This document shows positions 12,672-22,700 of a stretch of DNA of 64,000 bases, one piece after another (position 1 is the stretch's first letter; each line of letters opens with the position of its first letter). This DNA comes from an uncultured Anaerolineales bacterium (lineage in GTDB: Bacteria > Chloroflexota > Anaerolineae > UBA1429), in contig CAYZWT010000021.1 in the NCBI GenBank assembly GCA_964482225.1, positions 486-64,485 on the forward strand, written 5' to 3'. A model generated the notes under the pieces. The model did not search any database. It saw nothing but the letters and a program-made list of their open reading frames with translations, and was not told the origin of the DNA. Made by a program: the position numbers and the translations under genes.

Positions 12672-13757
12672 CTACACGTTGAAGCGGATATTGAGGATGT
12701 CGCCATCCTGGACCACGTATTCCTTGCCCTCCAGGCGCAGCTTGCCCCGGCGGCGGGCCTCGGCCATACTGCCGCAGGCGATCATCTCATCATAGCCGAT
12801 CACCTCGGCGCGGATAAAGCCCCGCGCCAGGTCGCTGTGAATGGCGCCCGCTGCTTCGACGGCGGTAGCGCCCTGGCGCACGGTCCAGGCGCGCACCTCA
12901 TCCTCGCCCACCGTGAAAAAGGACATGAGCCCCAGCAGGCGATAGCACTCGCGCACCAGAACGTTCAGACCGGGCTCGGCGATGCCATAGCTTTCGAGAA
13001 AGAGAGCCCGTTCCTCGGGCGGCAGCTCGGCGATCTCTTTTTCGAGCGCGCCACGGATGCCCAGCACCAGGGCGCGCTGCTGTTGGGCGGCCCAGTCTGC
13101 GGGCGTCTGTGGATCATCCGCCTCGCCCAGGTTGAGCACCACCAGGGTCGGCTTGGCCGTCAGGAATTGAAAGCCCCGAATCGCCGCCTGCTCTTCTGGC
13201 GTCAGATCCAGATCGCGGATGGCCCGCTCCTGGCTCAGGCCCTCTTCCAGCTTGCGCATCAGGGTTTCCTCGGCCAACAGCTTGTCGCGGGCGTCGCCGC
13301 GCGCCTTGGGCATGCCGTTGGCGATGCGCTCCAGGCGACGTTCCACCGTAGCCAGGTCGCTGACGATCAGTTCGAGGGTCACAAGCTCGATATCGCGGGC
13401 AGGATCCACGCTCAGCTCGGGATGGGGCACGGTATCGTCGTCAAAGGCGCGCACAATCTCCAGCAAGGCGTCGGCGTGGCTCATGGCGTCCAGCAGGCGC
13501 GCATCAAAGCCGCTGCCCTGGGCGCTGCCACGGCTCACGCCGCTGATATCATCAAAGCGCACCTGGGCATAGGTGACTTGGCGCGGGCGAAACATCTCGG
13601 CCAAGCGGGCCACGCGCGGGTCGGGTACGTCCACAATGGCGCTCTTGATCTCGGCGCGCCCCAGGCGCTGGCCGGGCTTGCCGACGTGGCCGGCGGTCAT
13701 GGCGCTGGCGAGGGTGGTCTTGCCCGAAAGGGGCAAGCCGATCATGGCAACTTGCAT
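12672..13757 (-). CDS. YchF-like Obg-family ATPase, divergent paralog
   Basis: GLPLSGKTT, VDVPDPR, FLTAKP, FFTVGEDEVRAW, IHSDLARGFIRAE, RLEGKEYVVQDGD (TGS/DUF933). Confidence 0.88.
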   Translation of the reverse strand: MQVAMIGLPLSGKTTLASAMTAGHVGKPGQRLGRAEIKSAIVDVPDPRVARLAEMFRPRQVTYAQVRFDDISGVSRGSAQGSGFDARLLDAMSHADALLEIVRAFDDDTVPHPELSVDPARDIELVTLELIVSDLATVERRLERIANGMPKARGDARDKLLAEETLMRKLEEGLSQERAIRDLDLTPEEQAAIRGFQFLTAKPTLVVLNLGEADDPQTPADWAAQQQRALVLGIRGALEKEIAELPPEERALFLESYGIAEPGLNVLVRECYRLLGLMSFFTVGEDEVRAWTVRQGATAVEAAGAIHSDLARGFIRAEVIGYDEMIACGSMAEARRRGKLRLEGKEYVVQDGDILNIRFNV

Positions 13758-13907
13758 ACGGGGCTCTCCTGATGGTGCTCAGACACGGAGAGCCATTATA
13801 GGCGTATTCATAGTGGCTGCAATTGGGCGCAGAGTGCGACACGAGGCGCTCGCGCCCGCCAAGCGGGCAGAGACAAGCCCTGCCCGCCATGCGCCAATAC
13901 CGGCGCG

Positions 13908-14891
13908 TCAGCGGTCGTGCCAATAGGCAAACAGTGGCCCCACAGAACGCCCCAACAGATTGCAGCGGATGGCCTCCCCAAAGATGCTCCCAACCGAGAG
14001 CACGGTCATGTTGGGCAGCCGCTTGTGGTCAGGGATGGGCACCGTATTGGTGGTCACGATCTCCTGCACATCGTCCAGCGCCTGTAGCTGCTCGATGGCC
14101 CGCCCTGAGAGGACGCCGTGGGTACACGCCAGCGTGATGCCGTTCACGTCATGCTTGCGCAGCTCTTGAACCAGGGCGACGATGGAGCCGCCGGTGGCGA
14201 TCTCGTCGTCAAAGACGATGACGTCTTTGCCACGGATATCGCCAATGATGCTCCCCATGACCACTTCGGTATCAGAGATGCGCATCTTGTCGCCCGCGGC
14301 AACGCCGATACCCAGGGCGCGGGCCAGAGAGGTGGCCCGCTTGGCATGGCCGATATCGGGCGAGACGACGACCGAGTTGCTCAGATCGCGTTTGCGAAAG
14401 TGCTGCACAAAGATCGGGCGCGCCGTCAGGTGATCGGTGGGCACACTAAAGAACCCATGCACCTGGGGCGAGTGCAGCGTCATGGTCATCACATGAGTAG
14501 CTCCTGCCGTGGCGATCAGATCGGCCATCAGGCGGCCCGTGATCGAGATGCGCGGCTCGTCCTTCTTGTCCGAGCGGGCATAGGAAAAGTAAGGGATCAC
14601 GGCGTGGATCGAGCGGGCAGACGCGCTGGCGGCAGCGTTGAGCATCATCAGCAACTCGATCACATTGTCGCTCACGCTGGGCGGCGAGAACGACTGGATG
14701 ATGACCACATCCTTGCCACGCACGCTCTCTTGGAGCTGCACATACAAGTTGTCGTTGCTGAACCGGGAGGTGATATGGTCATAGAGGGGCACCTGGAGGT
14801 AGGCCGCAATGTCCTTGGCCAGCTCTGGGTGCGAGCTGCCGGCAAAGGTGCGCAGGTTGTTCTGAAGCCAAGTCTTCTCTTGTGGATCCAT
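13908..14891 (-). CDS. prs: Ribose-phosphate pyrophosphokinase
   Basis: ESVRGKDV, VIPYFSYARSDKK, LHSPQVHGFF, VVSPDIG, DDEIATGGS, THGVLSG. Confidence 0.93.
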   Translation of the reverse strand: MDPQEKTWLQNNLRTFAGSSHPELAKDIAAYLQVPLYDHITSRFSNDNLYVQLQESVRGKDVVIIQSFSPPSVSDNVIELLMMLNAAASASARSIHAVIPYFSYARSDKKDEPRISITGRLMADLIATAGATHVMTMTLHSPQVHGFFSVPTDHLTARPIFVQHFRKRDLSNSVVVSPDIGHAKRATSLARALGIGVAAGDKMRISDTEVVMGSIIGDIRGKDVIVFDDEIATGGSIVALVQELRKHDVNGITLACTHGVLSGRAIEQLQALDDVQEIVTTNTVPIPDHKRLPNMTVLSVGSIFGEAIRCNLLGRSVGPLFAYWHDR

Positions 14892-15214
14892 GCTGAGGCG
14901 CGACTCCTTGTGAGCTGGTAGGGCCAGGACGTAGATGTTATACCACATGCCCTGTCGCAGAGCAATTGCCAGACGACGCAGATCCCATCCCGCCAGGGTG
15001 CACGCGACGCCGGACTGCGCGGGCGCTGCCCAAATTCGTGGCCCCATAAGTAGGGTTAGTATGCTATAATAGAGCTAGAAGGCAGGGTTGCTTGCTGAGC
15101 CGGCGGCTCTGGCACTGTCCAGTCGCCGCATCGAGCCCGCCGGGCAGCGCGGCCGTTCTGCATCAAGGCTGGACGCAAGGGCGCCTTGTGGGCAGGCGCC
15201 GGAGGAGCGTTACC

Positions 15215-15898
15215 ATGACAGTCATCACCATGTCACGGCAAATCGGTTCCGGCAGCGACGAATTGGCGGAACAGCTCTGCAACGAGCTCAAACTGATCAT
15301 GTTCGACAAGCGGCTGATGGCGCGCGTCGCCAATGAGGTCGGCATCACCGCCGGCGAGATCATTGACTATTCCGAGACCGAGTATCAGCGGCGCGGCTTT
15401 TTCGAGGCCCTCTTTCGGCGCTCGCGGCCCGTGGCCGAGTTCTCGACCTGGGTGGGGAGCCCGGCCGCCGGCTATGAGCGACGGACGCGCGTGCTGGATG
15501 AGGAGGGCGCGGTGGATCTGATCCGCGCCACCGTGCTCAAGGCCTACGAGCAAGACAATACCCTGATCGTGGGACGCGGTGGGCAGGTGATCCTGGAAGA
15601 CAAGCCGGACGTGCTACACCTGCGCGTGGTAGCGCCCTTTGAGGATCGCCTGCGCCGTATGCAGGCATCCCAAGACATGACCCCCTCTCAAGCGCGCCGC
15701 TACCTCCAAGAGACCGAGGGCGCCTCGGCAGAGTACCTGCGCAGTTTTCACCACGTAGACCCCGACGACGCCTCGCTCTATCATCTGGTGGTCAACACAG
15801 GCAAGCTGGGCATCGAAGGGGCGCTGGCGTTGGTCAAACAAGCCCTGGCGGTGATGCCAAAGGCGGGCCAGCAGGTGCTTTCGGCGGGGAGAGGCTGA
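15215..15898 (+). CDS. Cytidylate kinase-like family protein (copy 1)
   Basis: VITMSRQIGSG, IVGRGG, HLRVVAP, YHLVVNTG (Cytidylate_kin2-like pattern); GGAGGAG RBS. Confidence 0.85.
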   Translation: MTVITMSRQIGSGSDELAEQLCNELKLIMFDKRLMARVANEVGITAGEIIDYSETEYQRRGFFEALFRRSRPVAEFSTWVGSPAAGYERRTRVLDEEGAVDLIRATVLKAYEQDNTLIVGRGGQVILEDKPDVLHLRVVAPFEDRLRRMQASQDMTPSQARRYLQETEGASAEYLRSFHHVDPDDASLYHLVVNTGKLGIEGALALVKQALAVMPKAGQQVLSAGRG

Positions 15899-16008
15899 GT
15901 TCGCAGACCGGGAAACGGACGGCTGTGGGGCCTTTGGTGCGCGAGGGCTGCGGCTCCCTCGCACGTGCGGGCCCTACAGCCCGGCACAGCAACAATGGGA
16001 GGTCTAGC

Positions 16009-16692
16009 ATGGCAGTTATCACCATGTCACGACAGGTTGGCGCCGGGGGTTTGGAGCTGGCCAAGCGCCTGTGTGAGGAGCTGGGCCTGGCTGCGTTCGA
16101 TAAGCATATGATGCTGCGAGTCGCTTCCGAGGTGGGCATCCCGCCCGAGCAGATCATTGACTATTCCGAGGCAGAGTACGAGCGACGCGGATTCCTGGAT
16201 GAGTTGTTCCGGCGCTCGCGCTCGGTAGCCGAGTTTAGCATGTGGATCGGCAGCCCGGCCATCGGCTATGAGCGGCGCCCCCGCATCCTGGACGAGTACG
16301 ATGCCGTCAGAATGGTGCGGGCCACCATCTTGGCCGCCTATGAGCGGGACAATATCCTGGTCATTGGGCGCGGCGGACAGGCGGTCCTCGAATACAAGCC
16401 CGATGTGTTGCATGTGCGCGTGGTGGCTCCCTTTGAGGATCGCCAGGCGCGGCTCGAAAGCGAGCAGAGCATGACCCCGGCGCAGGCGCGTCGCTACCTG
16501 CAAGAGATGGATGCCAGCACGGGGGAATATCTGCGCACCTTTCACCACATTGACGTGGACGATCCCACCCTGTATCACCTGGTCCTGAATACGGGCAGGC
16601 TGGGCATCGAGGGGGCCGCGACCCTAATCAAGACAGCGCTGGCGCTACTACCCCTGCGAGGCCAACAGCCGGGCCAGGGGGGTGCGGCCTGA
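16009..16692 (+). CDS. Cytidylate kinase-like family protein (copy 2)
   Basis: VITMSRQVGAGG, VIGRGG, YHLVLNTG; same length as and collinear with copy 1. Confidence 0.85.
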   Translation: MAVITMSRQVGAGGLELAKRLCEELGLAAFDKHMMLRVASEVGIPPEQIIDYSEAEYERRGFLDELFRRSRSVAEFSMWIGSPAIGYERRPRILDEYDAVRMVRATILAAYERDNILVIGRGGQAVLEYKPDVLHVRVVAPFEDRQARLESEQSMTPAQARRYLQEMDASTGEYLRTFHHIDVDDPTLYHLVLNTGRLGIEGAATLIKTALALLPLRGQQPGQGGAA

Positions 16693-16753
16693 GCAAGTTG
16701 CCCCGGCGCGCCCGACTCATCGGGTGCGCCGGCCAATAGAAAGGAAGGCTGGC

Positions 16754-17932
16754 GTGGGCGAAGGCATACGTGTCGGACGGATCCTGGGCATCAACATCCA
16801 CGTAGATTGGAGCTGGCTGTTCGTTTTCGCGCTCATTACCTGGAGCCTGGCCAACACCATCGGCCAGTTTCGCGCCGACTGGGCTCCCTGGGTAACTTGG
16901 GGCTTGGCGGCGCTTGCCGCTCTGTTGTTCTTTGCCTCGGTGCTGGCCCACGAGCTGGCCCATTCGCTGGTGGCCCGCTCCCAAGGGCTGCCTGTGCGCC
17001 ATATCATGCTCTTTATCTTTGGCGGCGTGTCGAACATCCAGCGCGAGCCCGATTCGCCCGGCGGCGAGTTCGTGATGGCCATCGTCGGCCCCCTGACGAG
17101 CCTGGTGATCGGCGCTGCGTTGCTGCTGGCAGCCGGGCTCAACGTGGTCGCCGTGGGAGGGTTGATCCAGCGGCCGCAAGACCTGCTGGCCACGTTGGGC
17201 TTGGCAGGCGCCCTCGCGCTCTGGCTCGGCTCGGTCAATCTGCTGCTGGGGCTCTTTAACCTGGTGCCCGCGTTTCCGCTCGATGGCGGGCGCGTGGTGC
17301 GCTCGCTCTTTTGGGCGCTGACGGGCAACCTGCCGCGCGCCACCCGCTGGGCGACGGCCATCGGCCAGGGGATCGCCTGGATGTTCATCCTGGGCGGCAT
17401 CGCCATGGTCTTTGGCGCAGAGATCCCCTTGCTCGGCTCAGGGCTGATCAACGGCTTGTGGCTGGCCTTTATCGGCTGGTTTCTCAGCAACGCCGCCGCG
17501 CGCAGCTACCGGCATGTGGTCATCCAGGATATCCTCGCAGACGTGCCTGTTTCCACGATCATGCGCCGGAATCCGCCCGTGGTGCCGCCCGATATCAGCG
17601 TGAGCGTTCTGGTCCACGAGCACGTCATGGGCTCGGATGACTATGGATTCCCCGTGGTCGAGCAGGGAGCGCTGGTGGGGCTGGTGACGCTGGAGGATGT
17701 GCGCAGCGTGGATCGCAGCCGTTGGGATAGCCTCACGGTGCGCGGCATTATGACGCCCCGAGAGGAGTTGCTCACGGTGACCTCCGGAGATGACGGCGCG
17801 ACGGCGTTCAACACACTGATGCAGCGCGACGTGCGCCAGATCCCCGTGCTTGAGAACGGCCAACTGATCGGCCTGCTGCGGCGCAACGATCTGGTGCGCT
17901 GGCTACAGCTCCAATCCCAGGCCGAGGTATAG
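16754..17932 (+). CDS. Site-2 protease (M50) with C-terminal CBS pair
   Basis: HELAH, FIFGGV, NLVPAFPLDGGR, several TM segments, two CBS repeats. Confidence 0.92.
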   Translation: MGEGIRVGRILGINIHVDWSWLFVFALITWSLANTIGQFRADWAPWVTWGLAALAALLFFASVLAHELAHSLVARSQGLPVRHIMLFIFGGVSNIQREPDSPGGEFVMAIVGPLTSLVIGAALLLAAGLNVVAVGGLIQRPQDLLATLGLAGALALWLGSVNLLLGLFNLVPAFPLDGGRVVRSLFWALTGNLPRATRWATAIGQGIAWMFILGGIAMVFGAEIPLLGSGLINGLWLAFIGWFLSNAAARSYRHVVIQDILADVPVSTIMRRNPPVVPPDISVSVLVHEHVMGSDDYGFPVVEQGALVGLVTLEDVRSVDRSRWDSLTVRGIMTPREELLTVTSGDDGATAFNTLMQRDVRQIPVLENGQLIGLLRRNDLVRWLQLQSQAEV

Positions 17933-17958
17933 ATGACCTATTGAGGAAAAGAGTCGCC

Positions 17959-18624
17959 GTGATCTTTGCCGACCGTTCCGACGCCGGACGACAGCTTGCC
18001 GCCAAGCTTGGCGGCCTGGCGCGCCGGGGTGATGTGATCGTCTGGGGCCTGCCGCGCGGCGGCGTGATCGTGGCCCTGGAGGTGGCACGCGCCCTGCGCG
18101 CCCCCCTGGGTGTGTGCTCGGTGCGCAAGCTGGGGGTGCCAGGCCAGCCCGAGCTGGCGATGGGCGCCGTGGCCGTCGGGGGCGTGCGCGTGCTCAATGA
18201 CGAGATCGTGGCCATGCTGCGCATCGGCAAGGCCACCATCGAGGATGTCACCCAACGCGAGCTGCGCGAGCTGGAGCGGATGCAGCATAGCCTGGGTGGC
18301 CAGGCGCCGGCAGATCTGGCGGGCAAGACGGTGATCCTGGTGGACGATGGCCTGGCAACGGGCGCAACCATGCGAGCCGTTGTCGAGGCGGCGCGCCGCC
18401 AGGATCCTGCCCGGATCGTGGTGGCCGTGCCTGTTGCGCCGCCGGATACGCGCCTCACTTTTGAGCGGCTGGTGGATCAGGTGACCTGTGTCTCTACGCC
18501 CGAGCCATTCTATGGCGTGGGCGCCTGGTATCGGGATTTCCGTCAGACCACAGACCGAGAAGTGCGCAACGCCCTGGAGCAGGCGCGCTCCTGGAGCGCA
18601 GCCGAGCCCCCGGCCACCCTATAG
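17959..18624 (+). CDS. Type I phosphoribosyltransferase-like protein
   Basis: F.DR.DAG, GLPRGGV, RKLGVPGQPELAMGA, ILVDDGLATG, F.GVG.WY.DF.Q. Confidence 0.9.
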   Translation: MIFADRSDAGRQLAAKLGGLARRGDVIVWGLPRGGVIVALEVARALRAPLGVCSVRKLGVPGQPELAMGAVAVGGVRVLNDEIVAMLRIGKATIEDVTQRELRELERMQHSLGGQAPADLAGKTVILVDDGLATGATMRAVVEAARRQDPARIVVAVPVAPPDTRLTFERLVDQVTCVSTPEPFYGVGAWYRDFRQTTDREVRNALEQARSWSAAEPPATL

Positions 18625-18677
18625 CCCTGGCCCTGGCGAGCATCTGCTGGCGCCGGGGCCTGCGTATACACGCCCGC

Positions 18678-18707
18678 CGCTGCTACAGCGTTTGTAGCAG
18701 CGTTTCT
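18678..18707 (+). terminator. Hairpin / putative intrinsic terminator
   Basis: CGCTGCTACA-5 nt-TGTAGCAGCG followed by TTTCT. Confidence 0.55.
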
Positions 18708-18793
18708 GGTTACACCGCCGGCCGCTTTTGGGAGAGTTCGTCTCCCCTGGTAGAATGGGTTGTGTTAGCTATCGCCTGTCGGGAGATGCCATT

Positions 18794-19744
18794 ATGATCA
18801 ATCATATTCTGGCCCCGTTGGACGGCTCTTCGCTCGCCGAGTGCGTGCTCCCCCATGTCGTCGCATCGGCGCACGCCTTTGGCGCGCGGGTGACCCTCTT
18901 GCGCGTTCTAGACGAGATGATCACCGAAGGCGTTGTGCCGATCAGCCCGGTAAACTGGCATCTTGTGCGCGCCAAAGGGGAGCGCTATCTTGCAGATGTC
19001 GCCCAGCGGTTGGCTGACGCGGGCTGTGAGGTGGATACGGTGTTGCTGGAAGGCAAAGCAGCAGAGGAGATCATCTCCTTTGCCGACCAGAACGCTGTGG
19101 ATATGACGATCCTCAGCAGTCATGGTCGCAGCGGCCTGTATCGCTGGAACTCGAGCAGCGTCGCACAAAAGGTGATCTTTGAGGCCAAGTCATCCGTGTT
19201 GATTGTGCGCGCCTATCGCGCCGCCGATGCGGCGATGCACGAATTCCGCTATGGCAAGATCCTGGTGCCGTTGGATTGCTCGCGGCGCGCCGAATGCGTG
19301 CTGCCTTTTGCCACCATGTTGGCCGGGTATGGCGAGGGAACGCTGCTCCTGGCGCACGTGGTGGTGCCGCCCCAGTTGCCACGCCGCGCCCCCCTCACCG
19401 AGCACGAGCGGGCGCTGGTGGCTGAGGTCGTCGAATTGAATATCGAGACCGCCGAGAGCTATTTGCAGGAGACCAATGCCAGCCTGAGCGTGAACAGTGA
19501 GATTCGGCTGCTTTCGGAGCATGATGCGGCCGGCGCCTTGCACGATTTGGTGGATGCCGAGGAACCCGATCTGGTGGTCATCTGTGCGCACGGCCACACG
19601 GGCGCCCGTCGCTGGCCCTTTGCCAGCCTGGCCTTGAACCTGATCGTCTACGGCAGCACGCCGCTCCTCGTGGTGCAAGACCTCCCCGCCGATGAGCAGC
19701 ATACCAGTTGGGCCAGCGCAGCCAAGGAGAGCAAGGGGCACTAA
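18794..19744 (+). CDS. Universal stress protein with tandem USP domains
   Basis: ILAPLDGSSLAE...SSHGRSG...SVAQKV; second domain ILVPLDCS...CAHGHTG. Confidence 0.92.
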   Translation: MINHILAPLDGSSLAECVLPHVVASAHAFGARVTLLRVLDEMITEGVVPISPVNWHLVRAKGERYLADVAQRLADAGCEVDTVLLEGKAAEEIISFADQNAVDMTILSSHGRSGLYRWNSSSVAQKVIFEAKSSVLIVRAYRAADAAMHEFRYGKILVPLDCSRRAECVLPFATMLAGYGEGTLLLAHVVVPPQLPRRAPLTEHERALVAEVVELNIETAESYLQETNASLSVNSEIRLLSEHDAAGALHDLVDAEEPDLVVICAHGHTGARRWPFASLALNLIVYGSTPLLVVQDLPADEQHTSWASAAKESKGH

Positions 19745-19747
19745 CGG

Positions 19748-22700
19748 ATGGTGAGCAGACCAATCGAACAAGTCGGTCTGGCAGAGACCGACAGGGCTCT
19801 GGATAGCCTACGTGTCAGAGCCTTGGAACTCGCAGCCGCCCACACCGTCTCGCCAACCGAGTTGCGCGTCCCCTCGCCCATTGACCGCATCGAGGGTCTG
19901 CTGGGCCTGCTGAGCCAGGCGTACGGCCGCTTTGTACGCATCTCCGAGGCTGAGGGCATCGTTACCACGGCTGCCGAGTGGCTGCTGGACAACCTGTACC
20001 TGGTCGAGCAGGCCGGACGGTTGGTGATCGAGGACATGCCCCCTGGCTATTACCGGCGGCTGCCCAAGCTCGCCGGCGAGCCTCACCGGGGGCTGCCACG
20101 GATCTATGCCATCGCCCGTGAGGTCGTGCGCCTGTGCGATGGCCAGGTGGATTTGCACCGGCTGACCCGCTTTGTGCAGGCATACCAAGAGGTACGTTCC
20201 CTCACTCTGGGCGAACTATGGGCGCTGCCGCTCATGCTGCGCGTGGCCGAGTTGGAGCTGCTGGCGCAGGCCGTCGCCGACACGCTGGGAGACCGGCTGG
20301 ATGCGCCAAGCGAGCCCATCCCCGCCGTCGAGCTGCCCGATGCCCCGACAGAAGAGATCATTGTTGGGCGTGCGGTGCGCGCCCTGCGTGCGCTGGGCGC
20401 CGTGGATTGGGCGGCCTTTGTAAAAGAGGTCAGCCTGGTCGAGAGCACCCTACAGCAAGAGCCCACGGGTGCCTATGGGCGCATGGACCAGGAGGGCCGC
20501 AACCGCTACCGGCAAGCGATTGAGACTCTGGGGCGTCGTTCAGATCGGACGGAGGAGGTCATCGCTCGCCGCGCCGTCGAGCTGGCAGAGAGAGCGCGCC
20601 AAGAAAAGCGCCCCGAGCGCGAATGGCACGTAGGCTATTACCTCATTGATCGTGGCCGTGAGGCATTGGCGGCCAGCATCGGCTACCGGCCTGGCGCCGG
20701 TGAGCGCATGCGCGCCTGGCTGCTGCGCCATGCCACGGGCGCCTATCTGGGCGCCATCCTCTTGCTGACCGTGCTCATCATCGCGGGCTTGCTCTGGTAT
20801 GGCGTCGCTCGCGAGGCTCATCTGGGCCAGCTCGTCGCGATCCTGGCCTTCGCCTGTGTGCCGGCCAGCATCGCCGCGGTAAGCCTGGTGAACATGCTCG
20901 TTACCCACATCGTTCCCCCACGCGTGCTGCCCAAGCTGGACCTGCGCCAGGGCATCCCTCCCGAGATGCGCGGCATTGTGCTGGTGCCCTGCCTGTTCAC
21001 CGATGCGGACGAGGTGGACTCGCTGTTGGGCCAGTTGGAGCGCCACTACCTGAGCAACGCCGACCCCGAGCTGGCCTTTGGTCTGCTCAGCGACCTGCGC
21101 GATGCCCCACAAAAGCACATGGCCGGCGACGATGCGCTGATCGAGCGCGCAGCCGAAGGCGTGCGCGCTCTGAACCGCAGATACGGCAGGAATGGCCGCC
21201 CCTTTTTCCTCTTGCACCGAGAACGGCAGTGGAACCCGTCCGAGCGGGTGTGGATGGGATGGGAGCGCAAGCGGGGCAAGTTGGAGCAGTTCAATGGCTG
21301 GGCGCTGGGCTACCAGAGCAACCCGTTTGCCGTCTCTGTGGGCGATCTGGCCTTTCTGAGGCAGGTGCGTTATGTCATCACCCTCGACGCCGACACCGTT
21401 CTGCCGCCCCAGAGCGCCCAACGCCTGATCGGCGCCTTGGCGCATCCGCTCAATCGCGCCCAGTTCGATCCGCATACGGGGCGTGTGGTGGCGGGCTATA
21501 CCATCTTGCAGCCGCGCACAGAACTCAAGTTCACCAGCGCCCTGGCATCGCGCTTTACGCGTATCTTTGGCAGCGACATGGGGCTTGATCTGTACACCCG
21601 GGCCGTCTCGGATGTGTACCAGGATCTCTTTGGCGAGGCGATCTATGTAGGCAAGGGCATCTATGATATCGCCGCGTTCTACCGCAGCCTGGAGGGGCGC
21701 GCGCCGGAGAACGCGCTCCTGAGCCATGATCTGTTCGAGGGCGTCCACGGGCGCGCCGGCCTGATCTCGGATGTCGTACTCTATGAAGATTATCCTTCCG
21801 CCTATCTGGCCTATACGCAGCGCCTGCACCGCTGGGTGCGGGGAGATTGGCAGTTGCTGCCCTGGCTCCTGGGGCGCGTACCTGTCTCAACGGGCGACAA
21901 GGCGCCCACCCGCCTCTCCCTGCTCGATCGCTGGAAGCTACTGGACAACCTACGCCGCAGCACGCAGCAGTTGGCCCTGTTGCTTTTTTTGGCCGCCGGT
22001 TGGCTGATTCTGCCCGGCTCTGCCCTGGCGTGGACCGCCTGGGCTCTGGCGTTCTCGGCGCTGCCCCTGATCGCCGGAGTGATCACCGGTCTGCTGACCC
22101 GCCTGCAAGTGCCCAAGGCCAGCGCCTCTACCGCGCTCGTGCACAACGAGGCGGCGCGCTGGCTACTCTCGTTGGTGTTCCTGCCCTACGAGGGCCTGAT
22201 CCTGGCGGACGCCGCCATCAGCACCCTGATCCGCGTCTATATCACGCGACGCAAACTGCTACAGTGGACCACGGCGGCCCACACGGCGCGTCTGCTGGGC
22301 CGGGAGCGGCGGCTGCAATTGCTGTGGTCCAAGATGAGCGGCGGCGCGCTGCTGGGGCTGGCGCTGGGCGCCGCGACCTGGGCGGCCAACCCGCGCGCCC
22401 TGCCACTGGCCCTCCCCCTAACCCTGGCGTGGGTCCTCTCGCCCCAGGTCGCCGCCTGGATCAGCCAGCCCCAGCAGCGCGAGCAAGAGACGCTGACCCG
22501 CGAAGAGCAGGCCGTATTGCGCAGGCTGGCGCGCCGCCACTGGCGCTTTTTCGAGCAGTTCATTGGCCCAGAGGATCACTGGTTGCCCCCCGATCACTTT
22601 CAGGAGGAGCCCTTGGGGCAGGTGGGCCACCGCACCTCGCCCACCAACATTGGGCTTATGCTCCTTTCGACCATGACCGCCCACCAGTTGGGGTACTTGG

